From assembly GCF_009914755.1 (NCBI RefSeq), contig NC_060936.1: a stretch of 64,000 nt of DNA; one strand, 5' to 3'. This document shows, one piece after another, positions 43,548 to 60,828 of this stretch (positions within the stretch are counted from its first letter, which is position 1; each line of letters starts with the position of its first letter). The DNA comes from the human T2T-CHM13v2.0 reference genome, Homo sapiens. The notes beneath the pieces are model-generated. The model did no database searches and was not told the DNA's origin. It saw nothing but the letters and a program-made list of their open reading frames with translations. A program made the translations under genes and the position numbers.

Positions 43548-43888
43548 TTTTTGGGTTGGTTTGGTTTGGGTTTTTTTGTTCGTTTGTTTTGTTTTTTGGG
43601 TTTTTTGAGACAGAGTCTCACTCTGTCGCCCAGGCTGGAGTGCAGTGACGCAATCTCGGCTCACTGCATCCTCTACTTCCCAAGCTCAAGCGGTCCTCCT
43701 GCCTCAGCCTCCTGAGTTGCTAAGAGCACAGGTGTGTACCACCATGTTTGACTAATTTTTGTATTTTTTGTGGAGACAGGGTTTTGCCATGTTGCTCAGA
43801 CTGGTCTCAAATTCCTTGGCTCAAGTGATCTGCATGGCTTGACCTCCCAAAGTGCTGGGATTATAGGGGTGAGCCACTGCATCCACCC
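43548..43888 (-). mobile_element. AluJ-like
   Basis: Alu consensus with a (GTTT)-type tail. Confidence 0.88.
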
Positions 43889-44156
43889 CATTGTTAGTTT
43901 TTATATGGGAAAGTGTATTGGCTCATTTTATTCATTTACTAAATTCTCATGTAATTAGGTACCTTCTTTTTTCTTTTTCTTTTTTTTTTCTTAGCAGACC
44001 TTAACTATGTTTTTCCACACAGATAACACATGAATATGTTCTCATTGTAAAACATTCACATAATACAGGGAAAGGATCAGCTCTCCCTTAATCCCCCTTT
44101 TCCTTTGCAGGTCCACCTTTCTCCACAGAAGTACCACTGTAATCACTTTCGTATAT

Positions 44157-44566
<410 letters not shown>

Positions 44567-45067
44567 TGACATACATAAATATATTGTATAATTCCATTTT
44601 GTGGGTTTTTTAAAACACAAATGGGGTTTTTAAATGGCTAGTACTAGTCGATATTCTTGTATGTATATTTGGCATACTTTTATAATTGTATTCATAGACT
44701 GGAAGCTTAGTGGTAAAATTGCTAGGTCAACGGATATTTGCATTTATATTTTTATACCTATACTCCCACTAATAGTGTATGATGTATCTGTATTCCAACG
44801 TTGCCAAAACTGAGTATTCTCAGACTTCTTAATTATTGCCAACTAATAGGTAAAAATTGTGTCTTTGTTTCAATTTGCATTTCTTCAAAGGTGAAGTTTA
44901 ACATGTTTTCATTTATATTGACCCATTTGTATTTTTTTCTTTGAACTGCTTCTTTATATCCTTTACCCATTTCTACAATTTAAAAAAATATTATTACTGG
45001 TTTATGTGGCCTTATTGTAAATTAAAAAACTGTTGCATCATGTTAGCCAAATTTTCTATCAATAATC

Positions 45068-45374
45068 TTTTTTTTTTTTTTTTTTGAGACAGAGTTTCGC
45101 TCTTGGCCCCCAGGCTAGAGTGCAATGGCGCGATCTGGGCTCACCGCAACCTCCCCGCCGGCCGGGTTCAAGCGATTCTCCTGCCTCAGCCTGCCGAGTA
45201 GCTGGGATTACAGGCATGCGCCACCACCCCCGGCTAATTTTTTTGTATTTTTTTAGTAGAGGCAGGGTTTCTCCATGGTGGTCAGGCTGGGTCTTGAACA
45301 CCTAACCCCAGGTGATTTGCCCGCCTCAGCCTCCGAAAGTGCTGGGATTACAGACATGAGCCACCGCGCCAGGC
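45068..45374 (-). mobile_element. AluSp-like
   Basis: Alu consensus. Confidence 0.9.
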
Positions 45375-45431
45375 TTCCATTTTCAGTGAGTTGTTTTTAA
45401 AACACATTAAGCTAGTTTTGAAAGTAGTTTT

Positions 45432-47250
45432 GTTTTTTTTGTTTTTTATTTATTTATTTATTTATTTTTTAATTGATCATTCTTGGGTGTGATTTGGCAG
45501 GGTCACAGGACAGTAGTGGAGGGAAGGTCAGCAGATAAACAAGTGAACAAAGGTCTCTGGTTTTCCTAGGCAGAGGACCCTGCGGCCTTCCGCAGTGTTT
45601 GTGTCCCTGGGTGCTTGAGATTAGGGAGTGGTAATGACTCTTAAGGAGCATGCTGCCTTCAAGCATCTGTTTAACAAAGCACATCTTGCACCGCCCTTAA
45701 TCCATTCAACCCTGAGTGGACACAGCACATGTTTCAGAGAGCACAGGGTTGGGGGTAAGGTCACAGATCAACAGGATCCCAAGGCAGAAGAATTTTTCTT
45801 AGTACAGAACAAAATGAAAAGTCTCCCATGTCTACCTCTTTCTACACAGACACGGCAACCATCCGATTTCTCAATCTTTTCCCCACCTTTCCCCCCTTTC
45901 TATTCCACAAAACCGCCATTGTCATCATGGCCCGTTCTCAACGAGCTGTTGGGTACACCTCCCAGACGGGGTGGTGGCCGGGCAGAGGGGCTCCTCACTT
46001 CCCAGTAGGGGCGGCCGGGCAGAGGCGCCCCTCACCTCCCGGACAGGGCGGCTGGCCGGGCGGGGGGCTGACCCCCACCCACCTCCCTCCCGGACGGGGC
46101 GGCTGGCCGGGCAGAGGGGCTCCTCACTTCCCAGTAGGGGCGGCCGGGCAGAGGCGCCCCTCACCTCCCGGACGGGGCGGCTGGCTGGGCGGGAGGCTGA
46201 CCTCCCCACCTCCCTCCCGGACGGGGCGGCTGGCCGGGCAGAGGGGCTCCTCACTTCCCAGTAGGGGCGGCCGGGCAGAGGCGCCCCTCACCTCCCGGAC
46301 GGGGCAGCTGGCCGGGCGGGGGGCTGACCCCCCGACCTCCCTCCCGGACGGGGCGGCTGGCCGGGCAGAGGGGCTCCTCACTTCCCAGTAGGGCCGGCCG
46401 GGCAGAGGCACCCCTCACCTCCCGGACGGGGCGGCTGGCCGGGCGGGGGGCTGACCCCCACCTCCCTCCCGGACGGGGCGGCTGGCCGGGCGGGGGGCTG
46501 ACCCCCACCTCCCTCCCGGACGGGGTGGTTGCCGGCCGGAGACGCTCCTCACTTCCCAGACGGGGTGGCTGCCGGGCAGAGGGGCTCCTCACTTCTCAGA
46601 CGGGGCGGCTGCCGGGCAGAGACGCTCCTCACATCCCAGACGGGGTGGCAGGGCAGAGGCGCTCCCCACATCTCAGACGATGGGCAGCCGGGCAGAGACG
46701 CTCCTCACTTCCTAGATGGGATGGCGGCCGGGAAGAGGCGCTCCTCACTTCCTAGATGGGATGGCAGCCGGGCAGAGACGCTCCTCACTTCCCAGACGGG
46801 GTGGCGGCTGGGCAGAGGCTGCAATCTCGGCACTTTGGGAGGCCAAGGCAGGCGGCTGGGAGGTGGAGGTTGTAGCGAGCCGAGATCACGCCACTGCACT
46901 CCAGCCTGGGCACCATTGAGCACTGAGTGAACGAGACTCCGTCTGCAATCACGGCACCTTGGGAGGCCGAGGCTGGCGGATCACTCGCGGTTAGGAGCTG
47001 GAGACCAGCCCGGCCAACACAGCGAAACCCCGTCTCCACCCAAAAAATACGAAAACCAGTCAGGCGTGGCGGCGCGCGCCTGTAATCGCAGGCACTGGGC
47101 AGGCTGAGGCAGGAGAATCAGGCAGGGAGGTTGCAGTGAGCCGAGATGGCAGCAGTACAGTCCAGCTTCGGCTCGGCATCAGAGGGAGACCGTGGAAAGA
47201 GAGGGAGAGGGAGACTGTGGGAAAGGGAGACTGTGGGAGAGGGGAGAGGG
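45432..47250 (-). mobile_element. SVA retrotransposon (near full length, probably SVA_D-like), antisense in VEZT intron 1
   Basis: On the minus strand: short CCCTCT hexamer region, Alu-like domain, GC-rich VNTR (about 45960-46810), SINE-R and A-rich tail. TSD GAAAGTAGTTTT at 45420-45431 and 47251-47262; L1 endonuclease-type TT/AAAAA site. Confidence 0.96.
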
Positions 47251-47353
47251 GAAAGTAGTTTTTAAGACTAGAGTACCATTGTTTCTGTAGTCCCCAAGAA
47301 TCTTTGCAGCCAGTTTCTAACCTTGTGTAACGTGAGGCAAATGCTCTTACTGA

Positions 47354-47667
<314 letters not shown>

Positions 47668-47959
47668 TCTTACTGAATTCTTACATGTGAACTATAGCTC
47701 ATCTGAAGCAAAAATAAGGCAATTGGGAATAAATGTAGATATTATCAGGAGAATAATGCTAGCCTATTTTGAGTTTTCTAACTTAATCTGCTAAATAGAT
47801 TTAAAATTACAAGTTTAGTTTCTAGTTAAATAAAACAACTATACACAGTACTACATTAGACCAAATTAATGAACTTGTTTACTCAAAATTATTTGCAATA
47901 TGATGGGGTAGGTAACAGCACTGAATCTGTCAGGTTTTTCCAACTCAGAAAAATCCCTC

Positions 47960-48150
47960 TTCTGTTGTTTACTACTATCTGTCCTTGTGACCTTGGGCAA
48001 GTTCCCTTGGTCTCTCTGTGCCTTAGTTTCCTCATATCTAAAATGAGCCATGCCTCATAAGGTTATTGCAAAGATGAGACAGGCTTGTACATAAAAAAAA
48101 AATACTTAGATTAATTCCTGGCCCTGTCTGGGTACTCAATAAATGTTTAG
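47960..48150 (+). mobile_element. MIR
   Basis: TGTGACCTTGGGCAAGTT...CTCTCTGTGCCTTAGTTTCCTCATATCTAAAATG. Confidence 0.75.
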
Positions 48151-48944
48151 TACTGCTGTTGTTTGTGGGGAGATGGGTGGAAAAGAAATCAACCAACCAG
48201 ATAGGAACTACACTGGATCATCCTCCTGTGAGAAAATTGTGCATCTGGGTAGTATCAAGCAGAATTATCAGCCTCCACTGATATCACCAAACCAGAGGTT
48301 AAACTTGCTGTAACCTCAGAAATGGGCAGTGGGAGAAGATCAAGGGCCATTACCAAACACTCACCACGTATAGCCCCCATAGCCTTGGGAAAACACAGCA
48401 CTGGAATATTATTTTGTTTTGTTTTGTTTTTATTATCTTGTTCATGTTGGTGTCTGTTGTGGCTCTGTTTCCCTTGGAAACTAAATTTCTAAATTGGTAA
48501 TCCATTGCCTCTTGATTATTTCTCTTCTCTGAGTTTATACCTTAAAATTTCTTGACTTCTTGCCATTTGCTACTTTATATTAGCCTTAGGCTAATAAGTA
48601 TAGAGCTCTCCCTGAAGGATGAATAAAAGTCATGGAGCCTGTAGATCATAATAACACCAATTTTATATGAGCATTTTCTAAAATGTTCTCACGAGAAAAA
48701 AGTCTGTATTGGTATGTTCCCAGATTCTGTAGCTTCTATGAAACTTAAAGCCACCAATGGAAGGGGACAATTTAAGATGAAGTTAGCTTGAAGAGAGACA
48801 AAAATATGATTGAATTAAAAATTATGCCTTGCAGGGTTGAGCATTTTGAACCTTATAGAATATATCATATGATACATATGGTGAACTTGAGAGAGGTTGT
48901 TTCTTTTACATCTCAATTTTTCTCAAAGAGACAATTTTATATTA

Positions 48945-49170
48945 TAGTTTAAAAGTATGGGCTTTGGAATCAGACTAACTGGGTTTATATTCTGATGGGT
49001 GACTTTAAGCAAGTTATAACCTCTTTATGACTCAGTTTCCTCATCTGTAAAATGAGGGTAATAATAAAAATACCTCTTTATAGAGTTGTTAGAATTAAAT
49101 GAGGTATTATAAAACGTGCTTAACTCAATGCCTAGTAAATAAGCAACTCAGCAAATGTCAACTATTTTTA
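48945..49170 (+). mobile_element. MIR
   Basis: CTCAGTTTCCTCATCTGTAAAATGAGGGTAATAATA. Confidence 0.78.
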
Positions 49171-50451
49171 GTGTTACTACATTGTTTTTCAGGCTTGGCT
49201 CTACTGTTTTCTAAAATATATATAGTAACTCTGTTAGGGCCTTCCTGTCTTCTCTTGCCATTATCTCTAGTTGATCTTCCAGACTACATATGTTTCTATA
49301 CTGGTATGTCATATGAGTTTGCCACCATATTTATATGCTAAAAACTTGAATGTATACATTCAGTAGGCTACTTTCCTGACCTCCAGACATTTTAGGTCTA
49401 AGCCATTCACATTTGACTATCTCATAGGCACTTCTAATACATCACCTTCCTCCTCAGATTTGTTGCTACGCCACTGTTTCATATTTCATTAAATAGCACC
49501 ACCTGATTCTTCAAATCAGAAATCTTAATCTTGATCCCTCCATTGCCAACCATTTCAATCAGTAATCAAGTTATTTTGATTTTAATACTTAAACACATTT
49601 ATTAAATGTTTTCATTTTTTATACTTCTTGTAGTCCCAGTTATCCAACAATAAGAGACTGGATAAATAAATCATGATAGATTCATAGAATTGAAATGCTA
49701 TAAGGACACTAAAAAGGAATAAGGTACAATATATGTCCTAATATGGAAAGGTCTCTAAAATACATTCGATGAAGCAAGTGCAGAGAAAAGTATATAGTAT
49801 ATTTCCATTTGTATAGAAATTTTGAAGGCTATTCATACATATATAAGTGGATACTAAATTTTGGGGGAAGGATTCATGAGCTAAATATTTATTACCTTTT
49901 GGGTGAGAGACTAGGGGACTAGGGTAGGAAAAACAAAGTTATTTCTCATTTTATATCTTTTTGTATTTTTTAAATTTTTAGTATAAAAGTAGCAAGGCAG
50001 TAAAAAACAAAAAAACAAACTGAGGTTGAGCAGTTGAGCTTAGTGTCCTTTTACAGATGAAATAAGTTAACTTTTCTTGTATATCCCCAGAGAGAAGTTA
50101 ATGGCAGAGAACTGCTAAAGTAACTAGTGCCTGACACAGAGTAGGTGCTCAATAAATATTTGGCTAGTGATAAAGGAGTAAATGATGATTGTCCCTTTTC
50201 TATCCAGATGATCTTTACCCTGGAATGCTGTTAGCACTCAGTCATTGCCATCTGCAAGAGAGAATAGATAGTGTGAGGGATCAGAATCAGAATTTGGCCA
50301 CTAGTTAGTGCAGACTACAAATTGCTTTTCTGAAAGGGTATATGGCTCTGAGATCAGCTCTTCTGATAAAGGGAAGGAGAGAGTCTCAAGGGTGCATCAG
50401 GGCTAGTGTGAAGAGCTCGGAGGGTTCAGACAGACAGAATAAGTGACATAA

Positions 50452-50975
<524 letters not shown>

Positions 50976-51647
50976 TCAATATCCAAAAGAAACCATTCAG
51001 TAAAGTGCCATTTGTGGAAGAGGCTAGGTTTATTGAGATATCTAACTTTCCTAGTTAATATCTATGGCCCAGATAGTCAGATTTGCACTTCTTTTCTTAT
51101 GTTGACACCCCAACATAATTTTTTAAATAAGGAAAATTTTTTATTGGAAGACTGAAGTTCAGTTAGATGAGCATGAAGTTTATGTAGAAATAATCTCCCA
51201 ACAGCTTAGCTCAGCTATTCTTAAAGTTTTTAAAATTTAAGGCTCTACTGGAGTAAAACGATGTTATATAGAAAATTATTTTCTTCAGATATTTTTAATA
51301 CTGTAATAACATTTCTTAGCCTATTTAAAGGTTCATATTGATTATCACAATACTTAGTGTAACCAAGTGCTATAATTATTTTGGTTTTATATTAGTAGCT
51401 GATTAAAATTTCAATGCATAAATTCTAATGCAGTTATTTCGAAGGTAACTCATTTCACTCTTAGAAAGCCTGTTTTTGCAACAGGCTGTTGAGCATTGCA
51501 AGTCATGGAAAAACAGCTAATTTTCCATTTTGGTCATTGCTTTTCAAATCAGTCATCGTCCCAAAATAAAAAGTAAATAATGAAAGCAGCTGCTAGGCTA
51601 CATATTTTTTTGTGATTTTTTCAATCTTTGATTCCTTATACTCAAAA

Positions 51648-52473
<826 letters not shown>

Positions 52474-52897
52474 CTTTATAAGAACATAGTAGTTTTTTTG
52501 TTTCTACTTTTTGTTTTTAACTGTCTTGTTTAATGGTGATTTTAAAACATGGCTCAGAAAAATCACATAATTGAGAATAGTTTATTCCATGAACTTTACA
52601 TTAGTTTGTGGAAAGAAAATGTGAATAATTCAAATTGACAGGTAAGTAGACACTTATTTGTGCCTCCACTGAGACTAGCAACTTGAAATCATGTTGCTAG
52701 AGGATACCTTTGATATTTGTTGACCTTGGCGAAAATATTAAAAAGCGTAGACATTGTTGCAGGAAGTTTGCAAGTCCAAATACTTGCTCATCATTTTCTG
52801 AATTTTTTAAAAATAAACACAAAAAATAGCACATGTACAAGTTACACTAGTTGATACACATGTGATTAACTCATAAATTTATTTTAGATCTTATCTA

Positions 52898-53137
<240 letters not shown>

Positions 53138-53169
53138 CTATTAGATAGAAGTTTGTAAGACTCTAATGG

Positions 53170-53338
53170 GTTTTTTCTGGTTTTTATTTTGTTTTGTTTT
53201 CTTTTCTTTTTTAGAGACAGGATTTTGCTATGTTGCCTAGGCTGGAGTGCAGTAGCTATTCACAAGTGTGATCATAGGCCCTACGGCCTCAAACTCCTGG
53301 GCTCAAGCAGGCATCCTCAGTAGCTGGGACTACGTGTG
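53170..53338 (-). mobile_element. FAM (fossil Alu monomer)-like element
   Basis: Retains the 7SL-like GCTATTCACA segment (GAGTGCAGTAGCTATTCACAAGTGTGATCATAG) that dimeric Alus lack. Confidence 0.7.
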
Positions 53339-53363
53339 GAGTGTTTTAAAATCTAATAAAATG

Positions 53364-53668
<305 letters not shown>

Positions 53669-53862
53669 TCAGTAAAATGATATTTTCCCCAGATTATAAT
53701 AATAAGTTGAATTTTTTCAAGTTTACATTTTTGTTCCATAGTATTTTCTTAAGCCTTTTATACCAGACTTTAGGAAAACCTAGCATCTGATTTTTAAAAG
53801 ACTTTTATTATAGACCTTAAAAATGTATTTTAAGGGAGAGAATACTACAATGAAAACTCCAT

Positions 53863-54151
53863 GGCCAGGCCTGGTGGCTTATGCCTGTAATTCCTGCACT
53901 TTGGGAGGTTTGAGGTGGGCAGATCACTTGAGCTCAGGAGTTCCAGACCAGCCTGGGCAACCTGGTGAAACCCCATCACTACCAAAAATACAAAAAGTGA
54001 GCTGAGGGTGGTGGTGCATGCCTGTGGTCCCAGCTACTTGGGAGACAGAGATGGGAGGATCACTTGGAGGTTGCCGTGAGCAGAGATAGTGTCACTGCAC
54101 TCCAACCTGGGTGACAGAGTGAGACACCATCTCAAAAAAAAAAAAAAAAAA
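53863..54151 (+). mobile_element. AluJ-like
   Basis: Alu consensus; CTCCAT on both sides. Confidence 0.88.
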
Positions 54152-54392
54152 AGCTCCATTTACCCATCACTCAGCTTCAGCTTCAGCTTCAGCAGCTGTT
54201 AACATTTTACCAAACTGTCTCATCTATTCCTCTCACCCTCCCCCATCTTTTTTCTTGGTGTATTTTAAAGCAAATACCATGTGACTCCCATTTGGCCTGT
54301 TATAAATAAATAAATAAAAATAAAGCAAATATCAGACATTACCTAATTTCACCTGTAAATGTATCAGTATGTATCTCTAACAGACAAGTACT

Positions 54393-54851
54393 TGCTGTGA
54401 TTTAGGTGTGGTTTGTCCCTGCCAAAACTCATGTTGAAATTTAATTGCCATGCTACGATGTTGGGAGGTAGAACCTTTAAGAGGTAGGACCTAATGGGAG
54501 GCATTTAGGTCACGAGGCTCCACTTTCATGGATGGCTTGGTGCCATTCTCACAATAGTGAGTGAGTTCTTGCTCTCTCAAAACTGAATTAGTTCTCTTGG
54601 GAACTGATTAATTCCTGAAAGAGCAGGTTGTTATAAAGTAAGGACTTTCTTAGGGCTTGGCCCCTTTGCACATACCCACTCCCGCTTTGACCTTCTACCA
54701 TATTATATCTAGGCAGCAGAGCCCTTGCTAGAAGCCAGTGGCATGCTCTTGAACTTCCCAGCCTGCAGAACTATGAGCTAAGTAAGCTTCTTTCTTTATA
54801 AAATATGCAGTGTCAAGTATTCTGTTATAGCAACACAAAACAGACTAAAAA
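54393..54851 (+). mobile_element. MST (MSTB-like) MaLR solo LTR
   Basis: TGCTGTGATTT...AAAACTCATGTTGAAATT...TATTCTGTTATAGCAACACAAAACAGACTAA. Confidence 0.85.
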
Positions 54852-54871
54852 CTTTTTTTTTTCCTTTTTCA

Positions 54872-55163
<292 letters not shown>

Positions 55164-55705
55164 TGATAACCCCAATATAATTATCTCATCTGACAAAATT
55201 AATAATAATTTCCTAATATCTAATACCTAGTCTGTGTTTGGGCTTCCTTAAATTCTCAAAAATGCCTTCTTACAGTTGTTCCAAGCAGAATCCAAAACAA
55301 GTCCCTACGTTGCATTTGGGTGATACGTCACTTTAGTCTTTCCCCACCCTCTTGCCTCTTTTTTTTTTTTTCTGAGACAAGATCTGGCCCTGTCATCCAG
55401 GCTGGTGTGCAATGGTGTGATCTCAGTTCACTGTAACCTCTGCCTCCCAGGTTTAAACCATCCTCCCTCCCACCTCAGTCTCCTGCCTCTCACCTTTTTA
55501 AAAGTCATTTATTTGTTGAAGAAATTTGGTAATTTTTTTTGGTGTGTTTTTTTTTTTTAAAGACAAATGCATTTCATTATTTATTTAGATATGTCCTTGA
55601 GTCATAGAAACTAAATAATTTGATCTACAGGATTTCCATACTCTGTATTTAGCTTATTTTGTAGCATAAGATGACATTTGGTTTAGCACAAAATTCTGTA
55701 TTTTA

Positions 55706-56018
<313 letters not shown>

Positions 56019-56466
56019 TACCACCTTTTATCTTGTTTCTCAGAGTGTCGTGAGTTTTGTTTTACTACCTGAACAAGTTTAAGAGTCCCATAGCATTCTT
56101 ACTTTGTACTTAAGGAAGCTGAAACAGGGAGAGGATTTTTCTGGAAACAGAGCATACCTAGAAAGTACCAGAGCACTCAATATTTCCTTGATAATGTTGA
56201 AAGCTTGATGAACCGTGGTTTTATCAGAAGTATTACAAGATAAAACTCTTTTAGGAAAAACTGTTCCTGTTTTGTTTTATCCCCTGTGCCTACATGTTGC
56301 CTGACATGGAAGATGTTCAGTAAGTATTTATTATTGAATCAGTTGCCTAATTCTGCCATCTTTGGCCCATTCTTCTCTGGCCCAAGACCTGAAAGCTTAC
56401 AACTTGTTCTATCTATAAGAGTTTAAAGCAGTTTAAAAGAGTGAAGCTAATAATAAAAGCACTGTA

Positions 56467-56752
56467 GCCAGGTAGAACTGCTCATGCTTATAATCCCAGT
56501 GACTCAGGAGGCTGAGGCAGGAGGATCCCTTGAGGCCAGGAGTTGGAGACCAGCCAGAGAAACATAGCAAGACCCCATCTCTACAATAAATTTAAAAATT
56601 ATCTGAGTATGGTAGCTTGCACCTGTAGTCCCAGCCACTCAGAGGCTGAGGTGGGAAGATTGCTTGATCTCCAGAGGTTGAGGCTATAGTAAGCTATGAT
56701 CGTGCCATTGCACTCCAGCCTGGGTGACAGAGAAAGACCCTGTCTCAAATAA
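56467..56752 (+). mobile_element. AluJ-like
   Basis: Alu consensus. Confidence 0.86.
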
Positions 56753-56873
56753 AAGCTAACCAGCAATGATGTAGTAATGACACTGGCACTTGTACAGAAT
56801 ACATCATGAATCATGTAGAAAACAAGCACTGCCATAAGTGAATGGTTGGACTTTATACATCTGGGAGATCTGA

Positions 56874-57251
<378 letters not shown>

Positions 57252-57779
57252 TAGGACTTGGATGAGACATTTTCTTAAAGAGCTTTCTTCAGCAAAAATG
57301 TGGGATTTTCCTGTCTATTTTTGTTTATTTTTATTGCAAAAATGTTTCGGCCACCAGAACAATCTTAGCACAACCAAAGGTTCTTGGCTGTTTTTCATTT
57401 AGCAAAATTCTTTCTGGTGTTATGATATGTGTTTTCTGTCAGCTAAAACTTACAGGAATAGTGAACCACAAAGATTTCCTGAGGAGCTCCCACATGCTGT
57501 GTCTGAGGTTTCTCATATTTCTTTTGGCATCAGTAACATTCTCCAATACTTCGAAATTATAGTTTGAATCCAGTGTTAATGATTTCTCTTCAAAAAAACA
57601 ACTTAAATAAAACATTTGCGGTTTTATTTTGCTTGAACCAAGGAAAAGTCATAATAGAGACAACTACCTACTCTGCCTTACCCTCTGCACAAAAACACCC
57701 CTTTCTAAAGCTACCATCTAATACTTTATGAAAAATAAATATTTCCCTGTATTTATTAGTGTATAAGCCTAATATCCCA

Positions 57780-58457
57780 AAACCTCTAAAATATAGTGGT
57801 CAGAACAGTTGCAATAGGGAGCCTCCCCTTGCTGTAAAAGAAAAAAAGTCAAAATAAATTATGTTGAGTGATCAGGTTTTAATACTAAGACATTATTTGC
57901 CTTTGTCACTGTCATTCTCATGTGTGTATACAGAGTACAAAAAGCTCATCAGATGGTTGCATATTCTACGTTAACATTTAGCTATTTGAAACTATTACTT
58001 GTTTCGGTACGGCTATTCTTCTTTGATACTACAATGATCAGAAAAGACTATTAAAATACTTCTGGCTTTCCAACTATATTATTTGTGTAAGCCTTTATTT
58101 TTCTGTATACTTCACCCAAAACAATACATTGCAACACATTGAATGCAGAAGCAGATATAAGTATCCGGCAATTTTCTATTAAGCCAAACAATAAAGAGAT
58201 TTGCAAAAAGTGTAAAACAATCTGTTCTTCTCAATAAATTTTTTTCATTTTGGAGAATTTTTTCATTAACATATGTTGTTTAACATTGTAACAGGTTTAT
58301 TGCTATTTTCAAGTAAAATAATAAGTTTTTTTTAAATTTTAGTTTTGAGTTCTAATATGATGTCATTAGACGTCCATGTAAACAAAAGCTCTTTGGGGCT
58401 CTCCATAATTTTTAAGATTATAAGGAGAGCTGAGACCAAATAATTTGAGAACTACTG
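57780..58457 (+). mobile_element. Charlie1-family (hAT) DNA transposon fragment
   Basis: AATGCAGAAGCAGATAT...ATTAAGCCAAACAATAAAGAGATTTGCAAAAA...TTTGAGAACTACTG end. Confidence 0.75.
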
Positions 58458-59477
58458 GTTAGGATATGGTTTTCTGAGATCTATTAAATAATATACAAGT
58501 TATTTGACAGTTTCGGAGAAAAAGTGATAGCAATTTTATTCCTAAACATTTTAAAAGAATTAATGTAAGCATAATGAATAGAACTTGAGTGTTCACAGTG
58601 TTCATACAGTATCTGGGTTTACATGTGTTAGGAAGTAATATGATTTGCACTAACAGCCAAAAATAGAAAAATGCAAATATGAAATATAATAGTAGATAAC
58701 TAGAAATTACATTTTATTAAACCTGCAATACATTCACCTCAGTCTCCAAAGGTTGTCTTCTATGAAACTTTGACAAATGCTTTGTTACATACAGCCATGA
58801 AACAAAGTATGGTGATCACCTTGGTAAGCCAGATTTTTCCAGAACTGTAAAACAGTGCTTTCTGGGATAAAACTGATCTGTTACTAATGATGGGGAAGAA
58901 ACCAAAACTACTGAGGAATCACTCATAGTTATATAGCACAAATGGGTGTGCCACACCTTTAACAAGAAGCCTGTGAAACCAGCCAAAAAGTTAATGAGAA
59001 ATTGTATTTGCAGAAAAAGCAGAATAAACTACTAGTAGAATTTACTGTATCACATGATACTGTTGGATATGATCTGTGATATATAAAGTGAATGATTAAT
59101 GTGCTGTCATTGTGAAATGTGAAATAGCAAGTGTTCCAGATTATGGTGATCCGAACTGAATGTGTATATATGCCCTCAGCTTATATACAGAACATATTTG
59201 AAGAAAAAAGTATTCTTGTTTCTCTTCTGGTTATCATTTTTTAAAAAACAATCTATACTACATTTTGTTATTTTGTGATCTGTGACATAAAGTGGAAAAG
59301 GAAAGGACGTTGGGGTCACTGATGAGAGAGCATCTGCTATCTGTACAGTAAAAAAGGGCATTATAATCTCAATAAAAAGTTTGTACTCATCTTGACTCTC
59401 TAAGTCTCTTGCCAGAGAACAGTTAGCAGTCAAGAGTTTGTCTCCTGGTTTTGACTGAGTCTTTTATTAGGAGAGGA

Positions 59478-59645
59478 GGGCACGATGGCTTGCACCTGTA
59501 GTCCCAGCTACTCACGAGGCTGAAGCCAGAGGATAGCTTGAGCCCAGGAGTTCTAGGCCAGCCTGGACAACACAGTGAGACCCTATCTCAAAAAAAAAAA
59601 AAAAAAGAAAGAAAGAAAAAGAAAAACAGAAAACAAACAAAAAGA
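59478..59645 (+). mobile_element. FLAM_A-like monomer with a long A-rich tail
   Basis: Monomer with CCTGTAGTCCCAGCTACTC...GGCCAGCCTGGACAAC. Confidence 0.78.
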
Positions 59646-59646
59646 A

Positions 59647-59975
59647 CAGGAATCAGCAAATTAAGGTTTTTGGGCCGGATTTGCCACCGTGACCCGTACC
59701 CCCATTTTTGGATGGCAGGTTTTTAAAATGTTTTTAAACAGCTGGGGAAAATATCAGAATATTTTGTGACATATGAAAATTACATGAAGTTCAAATTTCA
59801 GTGTCTATAAATAAAGTTTTATTGGGACATAGCCATACTCATTAGTTTATGTATTGGCTGAGTCTGTTTTCTCACTACAGCAGCAAACTTGATTAGTTGT
59901 GACAGAGACCATATGGCTTGCAGAGTCTGAAATATTTACGATCTGGCCTTTTACCGAAAAAGGCTGCTGACCCAG
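59647..59975 (+). mobile_element. MER58B DNA transposon
   Basis: GAAAATTACATGAAGTTCAAATTTCAGTGTCTATAAATAAAGTTTTATTGG...AAATATTTACGATCTGGCC; TIR-like ends. Strand is tentative. Confidence 0.8.
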
Positions 59976-60828
59976 AGTTAGAGTAACTTCCCTTTGATCC
60001 ATCTTATTTATTGTTCTTCCCCATGGGAGTTCATTTGAAGAAAGGGTTCTACTGCCTTAAAAACAATGTTTTTTTTTAAAGTATGTAAGGTCGGCCCAAA
60101 CAAATGAACTGGCATTCTTGTTCTTTTGCCCCCACTGGGGCAAGAGCAGGGTGGGGTTCACAGTTCACTTTGAAAATGCAGATTCACTAATTCAAGGCAA
60201 TATTTGAATATACATTATGGGTGATATCAAGATTAACCATTTGTGCTGCCAGAAATTTTAAATCTGGTAGAGGGATATATTACTTTTTTAAAAAATATTT
60301 TTCTTAAAAAAAGAGATTAAACATAGCTTAAAAGAAAGGCATTTGACTCAATTCCTGTTCTCTCAAATTGATATTCCACAAATTGCTACCAGTCCAGCAG
60401 ATTCCCACTCTTCCTTATTCTTCTGAATGCAAGAATATATTCCCTAAATGTCTTGGTCTATCTTAGGTATCTCTCCTGTTTCCATAGTATCCAAATACTT
60501 TCCTGACATTGTTAACTTGCTTGGTGTGTTTGTACTAAACTATAAGTAACTTTTTGGTGTCTTCCTTAATAGACATGGAAGGGACTGTTTCTTATTTTAG
60601 GTAATAGAGTATAATCCTGCTTTTTCTAACTGAGTGAACCCGTTTCCTCATCTATGGAATTGGAATAAAAATAATAATGATAATGATGATAATAATAACT
60701 TTTATTGTTGTGAACCTTAACTGAGAAGATGAAAGTAAAATACTTAGTTAAGATTTTGCCACATAGTACTTTAACTGTGTTGCTCTTTTTTTTTTCTGTT
60801 GTTTTATCTCTAAAACCTAATTATAGTC

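Noticed and set aside
45469-47039. Multiple overlapping GC-rich ORFs up to 187 aa
   Set aside because: They arise from SVA VNTR, SINE-R and Alu-like sequence, which is non-coding and stop-poor.
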